This document shows positions 47,500 through 57,400 of a DNA stretch of 64,000 bases, piece after piece. Under the pieces are notes generated by a model, which made no database searches, had not been told where the DNA came from, and saw only the letters and a program-made list of their open reading frames with translations. Each line of letters begins with the position of its first letter. Positions within the stretch are counted from its first letter, which is position 1. The stretch is taken from NCBI GenBank assembly GCA_000146465.1, contig CP001946.1; one strand, written 5' to 3'. The position numbers and the translations under genes are program-made.

Positions 47500-48408
47500 T
47501 TATGTTTCATCAGGTATGTCATACGTACTTAGATATCTATTTTTCTTCCTTACTCCTATCTTCGTGCAGTATTCAGACTCAAAACTTACTTCACTGTCGG
47601 TATAGTCTTTTTTATAGTGCTTTTTGAGTTCAACAATAGCTCTGGTTAGAGAGTCTCTCTCTTTTAGTAGGCTAAACAAGGAAGGACTATAGACTCTATT
47701 CAAGATAGACTTAAGTTCTTCGTCTGTTGGAAGACATTTTCTTGCAAACTCTTTGAAGTAGAACTCGTCGACTTTTGGATTTCTATGAACTATGAGTCTT
47801 AATGCCTCAAGGAGACCTAGTTCATGGTATATGTACTTCAAAGACTCCAAGGAAAGTTGTTCCATATATTTTCTGTTGCAATGCTTTTTAAACAAGGCAA
47901 TCTTTGAATTTCCGCACAGCTTATCCTTACATCCGTTGTTGTTATTGCAAAAATCCTCAAGAATCTTAGTGAAGTAGCTAAAGACATCGATGCTGAAATG
48001 AGTAAATAAGTATTTCAATATTCTGCCGATTATCTTGTTGTATGTATCCGATCCACAGCAAACCTTTTCGTTTTGTGTCTTCTCATGTATGAATATTTGT
48101 AATAGTAGCCGTTCTATTGTTTCATCACGGAAGTTTAAGGATGCAATCCTCTGCATTGCACCATCATAGTCCTCAAAATAGATATAGTTGTATAGTATTT
48201 CATGATTATATATAACCTTTTGGTTCCCGACTAGCTTGTGCTGAAGAGCTTGAATAGCCTTGTTTTTTTGGTTAGTTCTTCTGTAGATGCTTGCTAAGAC
48301 CGAAGGATTTCTCCTCAAAATCTTCTTTGTTATACTTTTGTCCAACAGGCCTGTGTCACAGTTGGGTGTCCCAAAAATAACCAAGTCCTTTTTTCTTATC
48401 AAGCTCAT
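47500..48408 (-). CDS. hypothetical protein (302 aa), Cys-rich central region
   Basis: ATG verified at 48406-48408. No family recognised. Confidence 0.55.
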   Translation of the reverse strand: MSLIRKKDLVIFGTPNCDTGLLDKSITKKILRRNPSVLASIYRRTNQKNKAIQALQHKLVGNQKVIYNHEILYNYIYFEDYDGAMQRIASLNFRDETIERLLLQIFIHEKTQNEKVCCGSDTYNKIIGRILKYLFTHFSIDVFSYFTKILEDFCNNNNGCKDKLCGNSKIALFKKHCNRKYMEQLSLESLKYIYHELGLLEALRLIVHRNPKVDEFYFKEFARKCLPTDEELKSILNRVYSPSLFSLLKERDSLTRAIVELKKHYKKDYTDSEVSFESEYCTKIGVRKKNRYLSTYDIPDET

Positions 48409-48541
48409 GGATATTGATCTTAGGGTTTTGTATAAAATTCACATAATTGGTTGGTATGATGTTCTGGAGAAATCGGCTTGTGATTGGACATTCAGTATAA
48501 GTGGGATTGGACGAGTATTGGATATAAGAAAGAGGAAAGCA

Positions 48542-49507
48542 ATGGGGATGGACACCAAGATTAAGATAGATCTAGACAAGGAGATGTATCCCGGGGGGTC
48601 TGAAGTAAGAGGAGCCGTTGACATAAAGATGAGGAGTCCTCTTCGGATAAGTAAGATAAATCTGGTGTTCTCTAAGACAACAAGACTAAAGATACAGGAG
48701 ATTGAGAGAAAGGAAAATACAGAGAACAACGAAGTCGAGAAGATATATGATGGATACAGACATGAATTTGAGATATACTCAAGTGATGACCCATTAGAAG
48801 AGGTATCTAGTGGGCACCATCGATTCCCATTCCGATTCATGCTCCGGAGAGAAGACGAAGGATCTCTTGAAATAAAAGGAGTCTACTTTGATATCCTGTG
48901 CAATATAAGAAGTATATACGACTTATATGCAGAGATTTATATCCTTGGAGTTCACAATCCGGCATATACTGTCCGAAGAGAGATACAAATAGTAGATCCC
49001 ATCATGGAGCCCAGGAACTTTAATACAGCCATTGATGTGCTATCACCCATCTGCTTTCTAAGTAGGAGATATAACATCCGTCTTGAAGTTGACAAGGAAT
49101 TCTATTACTCGGGAGACTGTCTAGTTACTGAAGCTTCTATACCATCTAAGAAGCCCAAGATTAAGAGAATGGAGTGCTTTATATATGAAATTCTCAGCGT
49201 TTCTGTGGAAGGAAAAGAGATTCTTAGGACAAAATACATTGGAGGGGGAGAGGCCGAACATTATGATGGTGGAAGAGTCCTTCGGGCATCCCTGAAGATA
49301 CCTTCAACAACACCATCCACTGTCATGGGCAGTAACTTCAGCATAAGAGTTGTTTTGTTCATAAACCTTGAGCTGTATAGAGGAACACCTGTCCGAATCA
49401 AGAAATACATTCATGTCATCAAGAAAAATATAATTCATCCAGAAATTGATTGTATGGATGTTCTTGAGGGAGAAATATATCCGGAAAGAATACTTGTATT
49501 ACCATAG
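48542..49507 (+). CDS. arrestin-fold protein (arrestin-related trafficking adaptor or Vps26-like)
   Basis: The N-terminal block MGMDTKIKIDLDKEMYPGGSEVRGAVDIKMRSPLRISKINLVFS resembles arrestin-N. A second beta-sandwich half is predicted. The track ORF extends upstream to 48287 and overlaps the divergent neighbour. ATG 48542 is preferred. Confidence 0.5.
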   Translation: MGMDTKIKIDLDKEMYPGGSEVRGAVDIKMRSPLRISKINLVFSKTTRLKIQEIERKENTENNEVEKIYDGYRHEFEIYSSDDPLEEVSSGHHRFPFRFMLRREDEGSLEIKGVYFDILCNIRSIYDLYAEIYILGVHNPAYTVRREIQIVDPIMEPRNFNTAIDVLSPICFLSRRYNIRLEVDKEFYYSGDCLVTEASIPSKKPKIKRMECFIYEILSVSVEGKEILRTKYIGGGEAEHYDGGRVLRASLKIPSTTPSTVMGSNFSIRVVLFINLELYRGTPVRIKKYIHVIKKNIIHPEIDCMDVLEGEIYPERILVLP

Positions 49508-49573
49508 AGTTTTTATAAGTTGGATGATTTGAAGATTCCTGATGGAGGAGGCCCCCAGAGTATGTAGTGTTTA

Positions 49574-50149
49574 CTAGTCTTTCTTCCTATTCTTGCATGC
49601 CTTGACCTTTCTAGACCATTTCCGTTGTCTTAGCATGTGGGAGAACAAGAAGATGAATCCGGGAATATACACCACACCAGCCAATACTACAAAGTAAGAG
49701 AGTATTTTTCCTAGGGAGTAATACAGAGTTTTCAGGCAGTACATCTCAAGTGCAAATCCTATCGGAGATGTTAGGAGAAACAAGTTGTATCGAATGACTC
49801 TAATTGTGTCAACACGAAACATATAGAAAACATATCTTATCGAGTCCGAAAGATACCAGCATGTTGTTATAATGGGGAAAGTCCAGTCGATAATTCCATA
49901 GTACCAGAAAACAACCCAAATGATGAACATCCGGGATACTAGCTGCATCACTGTGGGAACATATCTAGCATTGCTTTTTTTTGCACATATATTTGCTACT
50001 TCCATCAGAAAAAATGTTTGGCAGAGCCCAGCCTCTCTTAGGTATTTTGGATCCATTGTCTTGTAGAACATTAGGCTGGTTGAAAGAGCTACTATACAGA
50101 TAATAAAGCCAACAGTATTGTATATTCTTATATAACTTAGGTACACCAT
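49574..50149 (-). CDS. PTPLA-family very-long-chain 3-hydroxyacyl-CoA dehydratase (Phs1-like)
   Basis: Four to six TM helices with PTVMQLVSRMFIIWVVF and WTFPIITTCWYLSDSIRYVFYMFR blocks resembling Phs1/HACD. The track start is TTG at 50240-50242. The first ATG is about 50147-50150. I could not reconcile the exact base to within 1 nt by eye. Confidence 0.6.
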   Translation of the reverse strand: MVYLSYIRIYNTVGFIICIVALSTSLMFYKTMDPKYLREAGLCQTFFLMEVANICAKKSNARYVPTVMQLVSRMFIIWVVFWYYGIIDWTFPIITTCWYLSDSIRYVFYMFRVDTIRVIRYNLFLLTSPIGFALEMYCLKTLYYSLGKILSYFVVLAGVVYIPGFIFLFSHMLRQRKWSRKVKACKNRKKD

Positions 50150-50358
50150 TATCAGGGGGTGTATTTTGGAAATTGTCTCTGTTCTATTATCGATTTTGGC
50201 GGATGGACATTTAGGCACTTTATTGAGGAAAAGGGATGCCAAGGGATTGAGTTTAGGAACGTGTGTGTGTATGGTCTGTATTCCAGATTATTATGCTTTA
50301 AGCATGAGTAAGCGGGAGTTTTGTTCTCTTGAATAAAATATTTCAAGTTGCAGACCCC

Positions 50359-51264
50359 ATGCAAATATTCATAGGAAAGATCCCAAGTCACGTTAGCGAG
50401 GAACAAATCAAGGAGTATTTTGGACAGTTTGGAGAGGTCACGGATTTGAGCTTGAAGGGAACATACGGATTCCTTAATTTCGATTCCGAAAGCAGTATAA
50501 CAAGGGTTCTTAACCAGAGATCCCACGCCATTGATGGCTTGCCCATATCTGTGGAAAGAGCCAATGGACGAAAAAGACCTCTTGATGGAGAATACCATGA
50601 TAGATACATGGACATGGGACGAGGAGGATACTCCCCCCATCGGGACTATCGAGGATTTCGAAACGCACCCTATCCCCCCTCTATGAGATACGATGGTAGA
50701 TCTCCAGGAAGATATGACCCGAGGTTTCCCGATCGATACGGAGGTAGGTCACCGGAATACCGTGGAGATGGCTTTCGAGGAGACCCTCAAAGGAGCAGAG
50801 ACTTCTGTGAGTATTGTAACTCATGTCCCATCCATGGCATAAGGGATGTGGTGGATTCAAGAAAAAGACTACATACCACAAGGGATCATCCTAACAATCA
50901 TCTGAAGGTAGTTTTTGAGAACATTGCTCCGAATACAACTGTTGAAGACTTCAAGAACTTTGTGCATGATCATGGTTTTGAGCCTTCCTATGCAAGGCTT
51001 GGATATAGTGGAAATCATGCTGTTCTTGAATTCAAAAACATTGAGGACAAGGATAATGTCATGAAGAAGCTCGATGGAGTAGAATTCAATGGCCATGTTC
51101 TCAAGACCAGATCCTATCTTTCCAAGGATGAGTACAAGAGCAGAGAAAGGGAAAGTTATACGAGAAATGAACTCCAGCCAACTGATACAAACTCATCAGA
51201 GCCACAAGGTACGACTGGTGATATTTATGAAGGGATTGAGGACGGAAAGGCTGAAAATGATTAA
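50359..51264 (+). CDS. RNA-binding protein with two RRMs separated by an RG/RD/RS-like linker (SR-protein/Npl3-like)
   Basis: RRM1 has IFIGKIPSHVSEEQIKEYFGQFGEV...YGFLNF. The linker is GRGGYSPHRDYRGFRNAPYPPSMRYDGRSPGRYDPRFPDRYGGRSPEYRGDGFRGD. RRM2 has VVFENIAPNTTVEDFKNF...AVLEF. Track start is TTG 50329. ATG is 50359, after cccc. Confidence 0.85.
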   Translation: MQIFIGKIPSHVSEEQIKEYFGQFGEVTDLSLKGTYGFLNFDSESSITRVLNQRSHAIDGLPISVERANGRKRPLDGEYHDRYMDMGRGGYSPHRDYRGFRNAPYPPSMRYDGRSPGRYDPRFPDRYGGRSPEYRGDGFRGDPQRSRDFCEYCNSCPIHGIRDVVDSRKRLHTTRDHPNNHLKVVFENIAPNTTVEDFKNFVHDHGFEPSYARLGYSGNHAVLEFKNIEDKDNVMKKLDGVEFNGHVLKTRSYLSKDEYKSRERESYTRNELQPTDTNSSEPQGTTGDIYEGIEDGKAEND

Positions 51265-51298
51265 AAACCTTGGATCACTTTACTAGACATTTTTGGGG

Positions 51299-51640
51299 TC
51301 ATGGTTTTACTCCTTGGGCAGTTCCATCATTCCTGAGCAGTAATTTTCCGATCAGTGCAGTGTTTGTTCTATAGTTTTTCTTGAATGTCACAATGTAATT
51401 TGTGTTTCTAAGCAATATAGAGCTCGTGTTCTCTTTCAGAAATATTTTACTGCCGGCTCCGAAATCTATTGGGTCGATGAAATAAACAACCTTGTATCCA
51501 GACTCGTTCTGAACCAGTGCCTTATGCATGCCCTCTGTATGTTCTGTTCCTGCTTTTAAAGAAAGTAGAGGTTTGGATATGCACAATATTTCAATAACTT
51601 TATATCCGCCTTTGTCCAGTGAGATTGGATCTTTACGCAT
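51299..51640 (-). CDS. small hypothetical protein (113 aa)
   Basis: Track start is TTG. ATG is 51638-51640. No family recognised. Confidence 0.45.
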   Translation of the reverse strand: MRKDPISLDKGGYKVIEILCISKPLLSLKAGTEHTEGMHKALVQNESGYKVVYFIDPIDFGAGSKIFLKENTSSILLRNTNYIVTFKKNYRTNTALIGKLLLRNDGTAQGVKP

Positions 51641-51696
51641 CAAAGGGCCTTGAAGATGGAAGTTGTTTTGAACAAAGGAAGTAGGAGAAACGTATT

Positions 51697-52881
51697 TTAA
51701 TGAGTGTTTTTATCTTTCTCTGGTCTAAGAAAGAGCTTCAGAATCATTTGGACTGCTAGGCTGAAGACAAGAAACACATGACCTGCAAAATACACACCTT
51801 TCCATACATGTATAAGATCGGAGATGCTCAGAAGAAAGAAGGAGGTGGTGAAATATGTTGTAAGAAGAAGCATCTGGATTCTAGACAGTATCCAGAACAG
51901 GGATGGACAAAAGCGTTGAAGCAACTTGTTGTTTTCCTTTACAATTGGTATGGAGGATGAGAAGGAAAGAAACATTATCAAATAGCATGGATTTATGCCA
52001 TGCCAGAGTGCGGAAACACCAGATGTTGCTATGCTTGCCCAAAATATGGACTTTTCTTTCATCGGGAGGAAAAAGCAATTTTTCAGCCAAATCCCAGTAC
52101 ATATATTCCAGTAGGTACTTAGGTCCTTTACACTTGTTGCTAACTCTACTTTCATGAAGTCAGCATTTAGAAGGTCTGGGAAGTTCTGGAACGCAAAGCA
52201 TCCATGAGAGAAGTGCCAAGCAAAGTAGAACTTTATCCTATTTCCCACTGTGAAGAGGTACAAATAAATAAGCCTTGATAGTAACGAAGTGTTCTCTTCC
52301 AAAAGATGGCTCCTTGGAACACTTATTCTTAAGGCTTGGAAGAGAATCAGAAATGCAAAAGATTTTAGAAAAGTTCCATAGGGAGGTCTTTTTGGCTCTT
52401 CGTACTTATTTTGGATGAAATCTTTAAATGTTGGGGTTGGACCTAGCATAAGGCCTGGTGTAAACAACATGTACGAAAGGGCATCCTTTATGGAGTTCGT
52501 CTTCCTGTCATATTCCTTTCCAAGATAGCACATTTTTATGGTCATCAACATTAAAACTCCGGAGATGTCGAATGATCCTGAAATTCTTTCTTCAAATAAA
52601 GGTCCGAAGATTTTGTAAATGTAAAGGATTAGAATGTTGAACAGAGTAAACGAATACTCTGACATCGGGATGTACTTGAGAAGGAGGGAATTTAGGAAGA
52701 TCGATCCAAGTATATATGCAGTGTGCTTGTAATCAAAGGCAATGTACAGAATCAACATTGCGGATAGTAGATGATGGGCTCTTGCCCTATTTCTCATAGT
52801 ATAACTTGTGAATAATGTTAGAAAAAGGGAAGCCAGGAATCTGCGCTCCAAATGGCTTACCTCTGAGATTTTCCTTATCAT
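51697..52881 (-). CDS. MBOAT-family membrane-bound O-acyltransferase (lysophospholipid acyltransferase Ale1-like)
   Basis: Polytopic. MBOAT signature YWNICTGIWLKNCFF...ALWHGINPCYLIMF, with conserved Asn and His. Track start is TTG (52909-52911). The first ATG is 52879-52881. Confidence 0.8.
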   Translation of the reverse strand: MIRKISEVSHLERRFLASLFLTLFTSYTMRNRARAHHLLSAMLILYIAFDYKHTAYILGSIFLNSLLLKYIPMSEYSFTLFNILILYIYKIFGPLFEERISGSFDISGVLMLMTIKMCYLGKEYDRKTNSIKDALSYMLFTPGLMLGPTPTFKDFIQNKYEEPKRPPYGTFLKSFAFLILFQALRISVPRSHLLEENTSLLSRLIYLYLFTVGNRIKFYFAWHFSHGCFAFQNFPDLLNADFMKVELATSVKDLSTYWNICTGIWLKNCFFLPMKEKSIFWASIATSGVSALWHGINPCYLIMFLSFSSSIPIVKENNKLLQRFCPSLFWILSRIQMLLLTTYFTTSFFLLSISDLIHVWKGVYFAGHVFLVFSLAVQMILKLFLRPEKDKNTH

Positions 52882-52972
52882 TAAGAGCAGAAAATTTCCA
52901 GCTATTTTCAAAAGATATTTCGTGAATTTGATTGATAGAGACCAAGACAGTTTTGGAGATATGAAATAAATG

Positions 52973-53659
52973 TCATCCAGTCAATTTATTGAGATATTGT
53001 TGTAATCTTTCCTTCTTTTTCTGGGGAATGAAAGTAGAATTCACACGCTGAGTAAGATCTCCAATATTTACCTCATCTAGATGCATCTCTTCCCAAGATT
53101 TCAAAAAGATTTCCATATTGCCTCCCTCATCGCAAGCCAATAGACAGTGAAGGGCTACTTCTGCTGGATCACCCGTAAAGTTCCTGAGAGCCCATTCCTT
53201 CACTATCTCGGGATAAATATCCATTTTAATGCCAAAATCGCTACATTCCTTAACGCTACTAATATAGCATGCTACATCTGCCATGTCCTTGTAATTGATC
53301 TTTGCATATCCACCGCTCAGTTTCAGCAACTTCAACTCCTTTTCTACGAGCTCTATCTGGGAGTCTCCCAAGTAAAAGCAGCCTTGAACATCTACGGGCG
53401 GCAACAGATTCCATATGGAGCTAGATGGAATAGAGTCATGAATTTTCTCAAGATCTAATGGATTTTCAACGAGTTCGAGTACATGCTTGATCTCTGTATA
53501 CCTATTGCCCCTTTTTACTATAAAAGTGTTAGATGAAGACACTTTTTTTACTGTGTATCCTTTGTCTGGAGACAGGACTTGTGCTTGTGATGTCCCTGTC
53601 AGGACTGACATTTCCCTGCTTCCCGATACAAGCAAAAGTGTTTTTTCTCCGATGCCCAT
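52973..53659 (-). CDS. hypothetical protein (228 aa)
   Basis: ATG verified at 53657-53659. A later in-frame ATG at 53609-53611 is an alternative. No family recognised. Confidence 0.5.
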   Translation of the reverse strand: MGIGEKTLLLVSGSREMSVLTGTSQAQVLSPDKGYTVKKVSSSNTFIVKRGNRYTEIKHVLELVENPLDLEKIHDSIPSSSIWNLLPPVDVQGCFYLGDSQIELVEKELKLLKLSGGYAKINYKDMADVACYISSVKECSDFGIKMDIYPEIVKEWALRNFTGDPAEVALHCLLACDEGGNMEIFLKSWEEMHLDEVNIGDLTQRVNSTFIPQKKKERLQQYLNKLTG

Positions 53660-54149
53660 GGAAGAGAAATTTTACTCGGAGGATATTAAGTCTGTTAGCT
53701 GTGATTTGGATGAGGCCAGATCTTCTATCCAGAACGAGGTTCTTGATGTAAAAAGTGACTTGCTATCGGTGTATCTTATGAATCTTGTTCTTTACAAGGA
53801 GATGGATTCGGAAGATAGAAAAGGAAGCCCAGTAGAAGAAATGTTGAGCAAGACAAGTATTCTTCTTGAGAAAATATGTGCTATTGAGCGTAGAGCTGGG
53901 AGTCTCGGGGAGGTGCCCCAAAGCGAAGAAAACAAGGGCAGTGTGGAAGAGGAAGATCCTGCAGAAGAGGGAAAGAGAACAATAACAGACAAAATGAAAA
54001 AAAATAAGTTCGTTAAGAAGAGAAAGGCAGAAGATCGAATACCAAGGCTTAAATATAAAAACAAGGCCAGAAAGCTTGCAGAAATGGCAGAGATAAAGCA
54101 TGATGGAAATATAGACACCAAGAAGCCAAGCTTTAATAAATTTGACTAG
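53652..54149 (+). CDS. hypothetical charged coiled-coil protein with basic C-terminus (about 165 aa)
   Basis: ATG at 53652 or 53658 overlaps the divergent gene start (CATG). Lys/Glu-rich composition resembles nucleolar/ribosome-biogenesis adaptors. No motif recognised. Confidence 0.4.
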   Translation: MPMEEKFYSEDIKSVSCDLDEARSSIQNEVLDVKSDLLSVYLMNLVLYKEMDSEDRKGSPVEEMLSKTSILLEKICAIERRAGSLGEVPQSEENKGSVEEEDPAEEGKRTITDKMKKNKFVKKRKAEDRIPRLKYKNKARKLAEMAEIKHDGNIDTKKPSFNKFD

Positions 54150-54242
54150 AGACTTTAGAATGGAGTTTCTGGGAAATGCTTATGTTTTTTCTTCTTGGGA
54201 CTATTAGGTTTAATTCCAAAAAAAAATTTGCCCTGAATAGAG

Positions 54243-54569
54243 ATGAGTGGAAAGAGCAGCAAGGGTGACAACGTTACATCTGCACTTCTGTTAGCGATGA
54301 AGACTGGAGAATGTATTGTTGGATTTAAGAGGGCCATAAAGTCTATCATTATGAAGAGGGCAAAATGCCTTGTTATTTCATCAAATTACCCATCCACAAA
54401 GAGGAAGCAGCTTGAGTATTACAGTGTCCTTGCAGGGGGACTTCCTATTATTTTCCACAATGCTAACAACGAGGAGCTAGGAAACATCACCGAGAGAGGG
54501 CATAGACTGGGATGCATTTCGATCATTGATCAAGGTGAGGCAGATCTAATACCTGCAAAGGGAGAATAA
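54243..54569 (+). CDS. RPL30: 60S ribosomal protein eL30 (L30e)
   Basis: Collinear with eL30: ALLLAMKTGECIVGFKRAIKSI...AKCLVISSNYPSTKRKQLEYYSVLAGG...NNEELGN...LGCISIID. Confidence 0.9.
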   Translation: MSGKSSKGDNVTSALLLAMKTGECIVGFKRAIKSIIMKRAKCLVISSNYPSTKRKQLEYYSVLAGGLPIIFHNANNEELGNITERGHRLGCISIIDQGEADLIPAKGE

Positions 54570-54640
54570 AAGTTATTTAATTGATTTCTTGTGTATATTG
54601 GTCTAGTAGAATTTCCTGCCCTTACAAAATAAAACTTTAA

Positions 54641-54868
54641 ATGCATCTTATAAGGCTGAGGTGTACCGATAGGATGTCGGTGTCTGTTTTGATTACCATA
54701 GGAGTGGATAATACAATCAAAGAACTGAAGGAGGAAATATGCCGGCATATAGGAAAAGACAGGGAGCAAATTACTCTTAAGAGGGAAAATAGGGAACTAG
54801 CAGACAGCATTGAAATTGATGCATACGAGCTTAAAGATGGGGAGTGTATAGAGATTGAGTACAGATGA
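54641..54868 (+). CDS. HUB1: ubiquitin-like modifier Hub1/UBL5
   Basis: 75 aa. Aligns along its full length with yeast Hub1 (IRLRCTDR...VDNTIKELKEEI...ITLKREN...IEIDAYELKDGECIEIEY vs IEVVVNDR...VGDFKKVL...IVLQKGG...ISLEDYEVHDQTNLELYY), including the missing GG tail. Confidence 0.7.
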   Translation: MHLIRLRCTDRMSVSVLITIGVDNTIKELKEEICRHIGKDREQITLKRENRELADSIEIDAYELKDGECIEIEYR

Positions 54869-54953
54869 GCAAGTTCTCATGATTAGGGTGGTCTTTACCC
54901 GCGAGAAATAGTCTCTGATGTTATACTAAAAGTGAAGATATTATAGACCCAGG

Positions 54954-56255
54954 ATGTCCAAAAAGATAATAAGAGAAAAAATAAAGAGTGGAAAGAAAAT
55001 AGCAGAGGAGGCACTGAAGGATGTGGTGAACTACGATATACTTAGGACAGAGTCTTGTGGATACATTGAAGTAGATTCAGACGAAAAAACTTATGATGTG
55101 ACACAAGGGAAGATTCGAAAGTATGTTAGTATCAAAGCATCTGAGCAGGCGTACGATCTGAAACTAGAAAACGGCCCTGTGCATGCCAAATATTCGAGAA
55201 ATGGAAACCACATTCTTCTAAGAAATGATAAAGGATATTTGGCATCGTTTAATAGCAAATCGATGGATCTTCATTTTGAGATGGATGTGAATGAAACAAT
55301 ACACGATGCAATATATCTCCACAACGAACGGTTTATTGCAGTTGCTCAAAAGAACAATGTTTTCATATACGACGGGAATGGAGTTGAACAGCATTGCGTA
55401 AGAGAAAACAGCCATGTATTTAAAATGGAATATCTCCCATACCACTACCTTCTGGCAAGTGCATCGCACCAAGGGTTCTTAAGGTACCAAGATATATCTA
55501 CAGGAAAGATTGTTAGCGAAATTTTTATAAAAGAGCGAAGAGTTACTTCTATGAAACAGAATCCGGCAAATGCCATCATACATACCGGCAGCATCAAAGG
55601 TGTTGTTAGCCTGTGGTCTCCTAACTGTAAAGAATATCTTATGAAAATACTATGTCATAGAAATACCATTTCAAGCATTGAGATTGAGAGAAGTGGAAGG
55701 TACATGATCACAGCAGGGATGGACAATAGAATTAACGTGTGGGACCTGAGGAATACGTATACGCAACTCAACAGCCTGAAAGGAAAGACCAGCTTGTCTG
55801 CAACATCCTTGAGCCAGAAGAACATGCTGGCCCTATCCTATGGGAACAACGTCTATATATGGAAAAACTTCATTGATTTGAATTCTGACGAGGCGCTATA
55901 TATGAAGCACAAGACGGGAACACTTGTATCAAGCATTGACTTCTGCAACTATGAGGACATACTATGTGTTGGAAGCTTGAATGGAATATCAACGATCATC
56001 GTTCCAGGATGTGGAGATCCGGTATATGACTCCTACGAGGATTCTCCATTTATTTCTAAGAAAGCAAGAAGTGAAAAGGAGGTTAGAAGTTTGATAGAAA
56101 AGATACCTTACGAGCTTATATCCATAGACTCCAAAGTTGGAAGTATTTTCAAAGAACCTAGAATGGATAGACCTAAGGAGGAGTTGCCTAGGTATTTTGA
56201 AGATAAGCCTGTTAGAAGGGGAGCCTTGAGTAGGTTCTATGATAGAGGAGATTGA
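54954..56255 (+). CDS. UTP7: U3 snoRNP / SSU processome WD-repeat protein Utp7 (BING4/WDR46)
   Basis: WD repeats plus the BING4 C-terminal signature LNGISTIIVPGCGDPVYDSYEDSPFISKKARSEKEVRSLIEKIPYELISID. Confidence 0.85.
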   Translation: MSKKIIREKIKSGKKIAEEALKDVVNYDILRTESCGYIEVDSDEKTYDVTQGKIRKYVSIKASEQAYDLKLENGPVHAKYSRNGNHILLRNDKGYLASFNSKSMDLHFEMDVNETIHDAIYLHNERFIAVAQKNNVFIYDGNGVEQHCVRENSHVFKMEYLPYHYLLASASHQGFLRYQDISTGKIVSEIFIKERRVTSMKQNPANAIIHTGSIKGVVSLWSPNCKEYLMKILCHRNTISSIEIERSGRYMITAGMDNRINVWDLRNTYTQLNSLKGKTSLSATSLSQKNMLALSYGNNVYIWKNFIDLNSDEALYMKHKTGTLVSSIDFCNYEDILCVGSLNGISTIIVPGCGDPVYDSYEDSPFISKKARSEKEVRSLIEKIPYELISIDSKVGSIFKEPRMDRPKEELPRYFEDKPVRRGALSRFYDRGD

Positions 56256-56347
56256 ACAAATGGTCTTGGTATTCCGAGTGAGTAAAACAGATGGTTTTCT
56301 TTAAGAAATTTTAATTTTTCGATGTTCTGGGAAACATGTAAAGTTAA

Positions 56348-57358
56348 CTACTTCGATTCAAAAAACGGATGCTTCAGACATTCTTCTGCAGTAGGCCTAC
56401 TTTGGTGATCATAAACCAATATCCTCTCCAACAGGTCTATTGCATTGGCATATAAGGCAGCCGATCCAGGAGGTGAAAAGGAGGAAAGTAACACTCTTTC
56501 TCCCGTACCCTCGTGTTTTGGGCTGAGTGGGTCCATCTTGTATTTCTCAATGTACTTTCTTAGGTCAGTGTATCCTAAAACTCTAGCTATCTTAACAAGT
56601 TGATCACTATTACTTTCTCCATGGAAAAAAGGTCTTCTCCTAAATACTAACTCTGCAAGTACACATCCAAAGGACCAAATGTCAAGAGAATAGTCGTAGT
56701 ATGGATAATCAACCAGTAGTTCCGGGCTTTTGTAGTATCGGCTTGCAACTCTTACACTATATTCTTTTCTTGGGTGATAAAACTCAGCAAGTCCCCAGTC
56801 GATTATCTTCAACTCTCTTTTTTCCTGATTGATTACCATATTCTGCGGCTTGATGTCTCTATGAATTATCCCCATGCCGTGGCAGTAGCTAAGTGCAGAA
56901 AGAATCTGTCTGGAATACTCGACAACATCCTTGTAACTTAATTTTTCAAATATTTTTGCATAGTCTTCGTGCTCTACATATTCGAAGATCAAAGAGTATA
57001 TTTGAGACTCAGAATCTACAACAACATCCATCAAGTTTATGATGTTTTTATGAGAAAGATTCTTCAGTATTAGAACCTCTCTGCATATCTTTGCCTTCCG
57101 TACGGGCTTTAAAGTTTTTATTACTATCTTCTCTCTATCCTTCCGCCCTTCAAAGACCTCGGAGTACTTTCCTCGGCCCATTCGCTGGTATATTTGGTAT
57201 CTTTCTATGCATCCAGTAGGTATGCTATAGTATTCATAATTCCAATACTTCTCATCCTTCTTCTCATTAACATACACGTTTGATTTCGCTATAGTTGGAA
57301 TAACCATTGTGTAGGGATTCTTAGGAAGGCCAGGAAAGTAAAATCCTGATAAAACCAT
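56348..57358 (-). CDS. CKA1: casein kinase II catalytic alpha subunit
   Basis: GRGKYSEVFEG, the basic cluster KPVRKAKICREVLILKNL, HRDIKPQNMVIN, DWGLAEFYHP and SRYYKSPELL are all diagnostic for CK2 alpha. Confidence 0.95.
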   Translation of the reverse strand: MVLSGFYFPGLPKNPYTMVIPTIAKSNVYVNEKKDEKYWNYEYYSIPTGCIERYQIYQRMGRGKYSEVFEGRKDREKIVIKTLKPVRKAKICREVLILKNLSHKNIINLMDVVVDSESQIYSLIFEYVEHEDYAKIFEKLSYKDVVEYSRQILSALSYCHGMGIIHRDIKPQNMVINQEKRELKIIDWGLAEFYHPRKEYSVRVASRYYKSPELLVDYPYYDYSLDIWSFGCVLAELVFRRRPFFHGESNSDQLVKIARVLGYTDLRKYIEKYKMDPLSPKHEGTGERVLLSSFSPPGSAALYANAIDLLERILVYDHQSRPTAEECLKHPFFESK

Positions 57359-57400
57359 TTAATGTTATTGACCAGGATTGAAGTAGACAAATCTACCAAC

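Noticed and set aside
48287-48541. Upstream part of the 48287-49507 ORF.
   Set aside because: It begins at TTG and runs through the divergent neighbour's coding start. The arrestin-like homology starts near the ATG at 48542.
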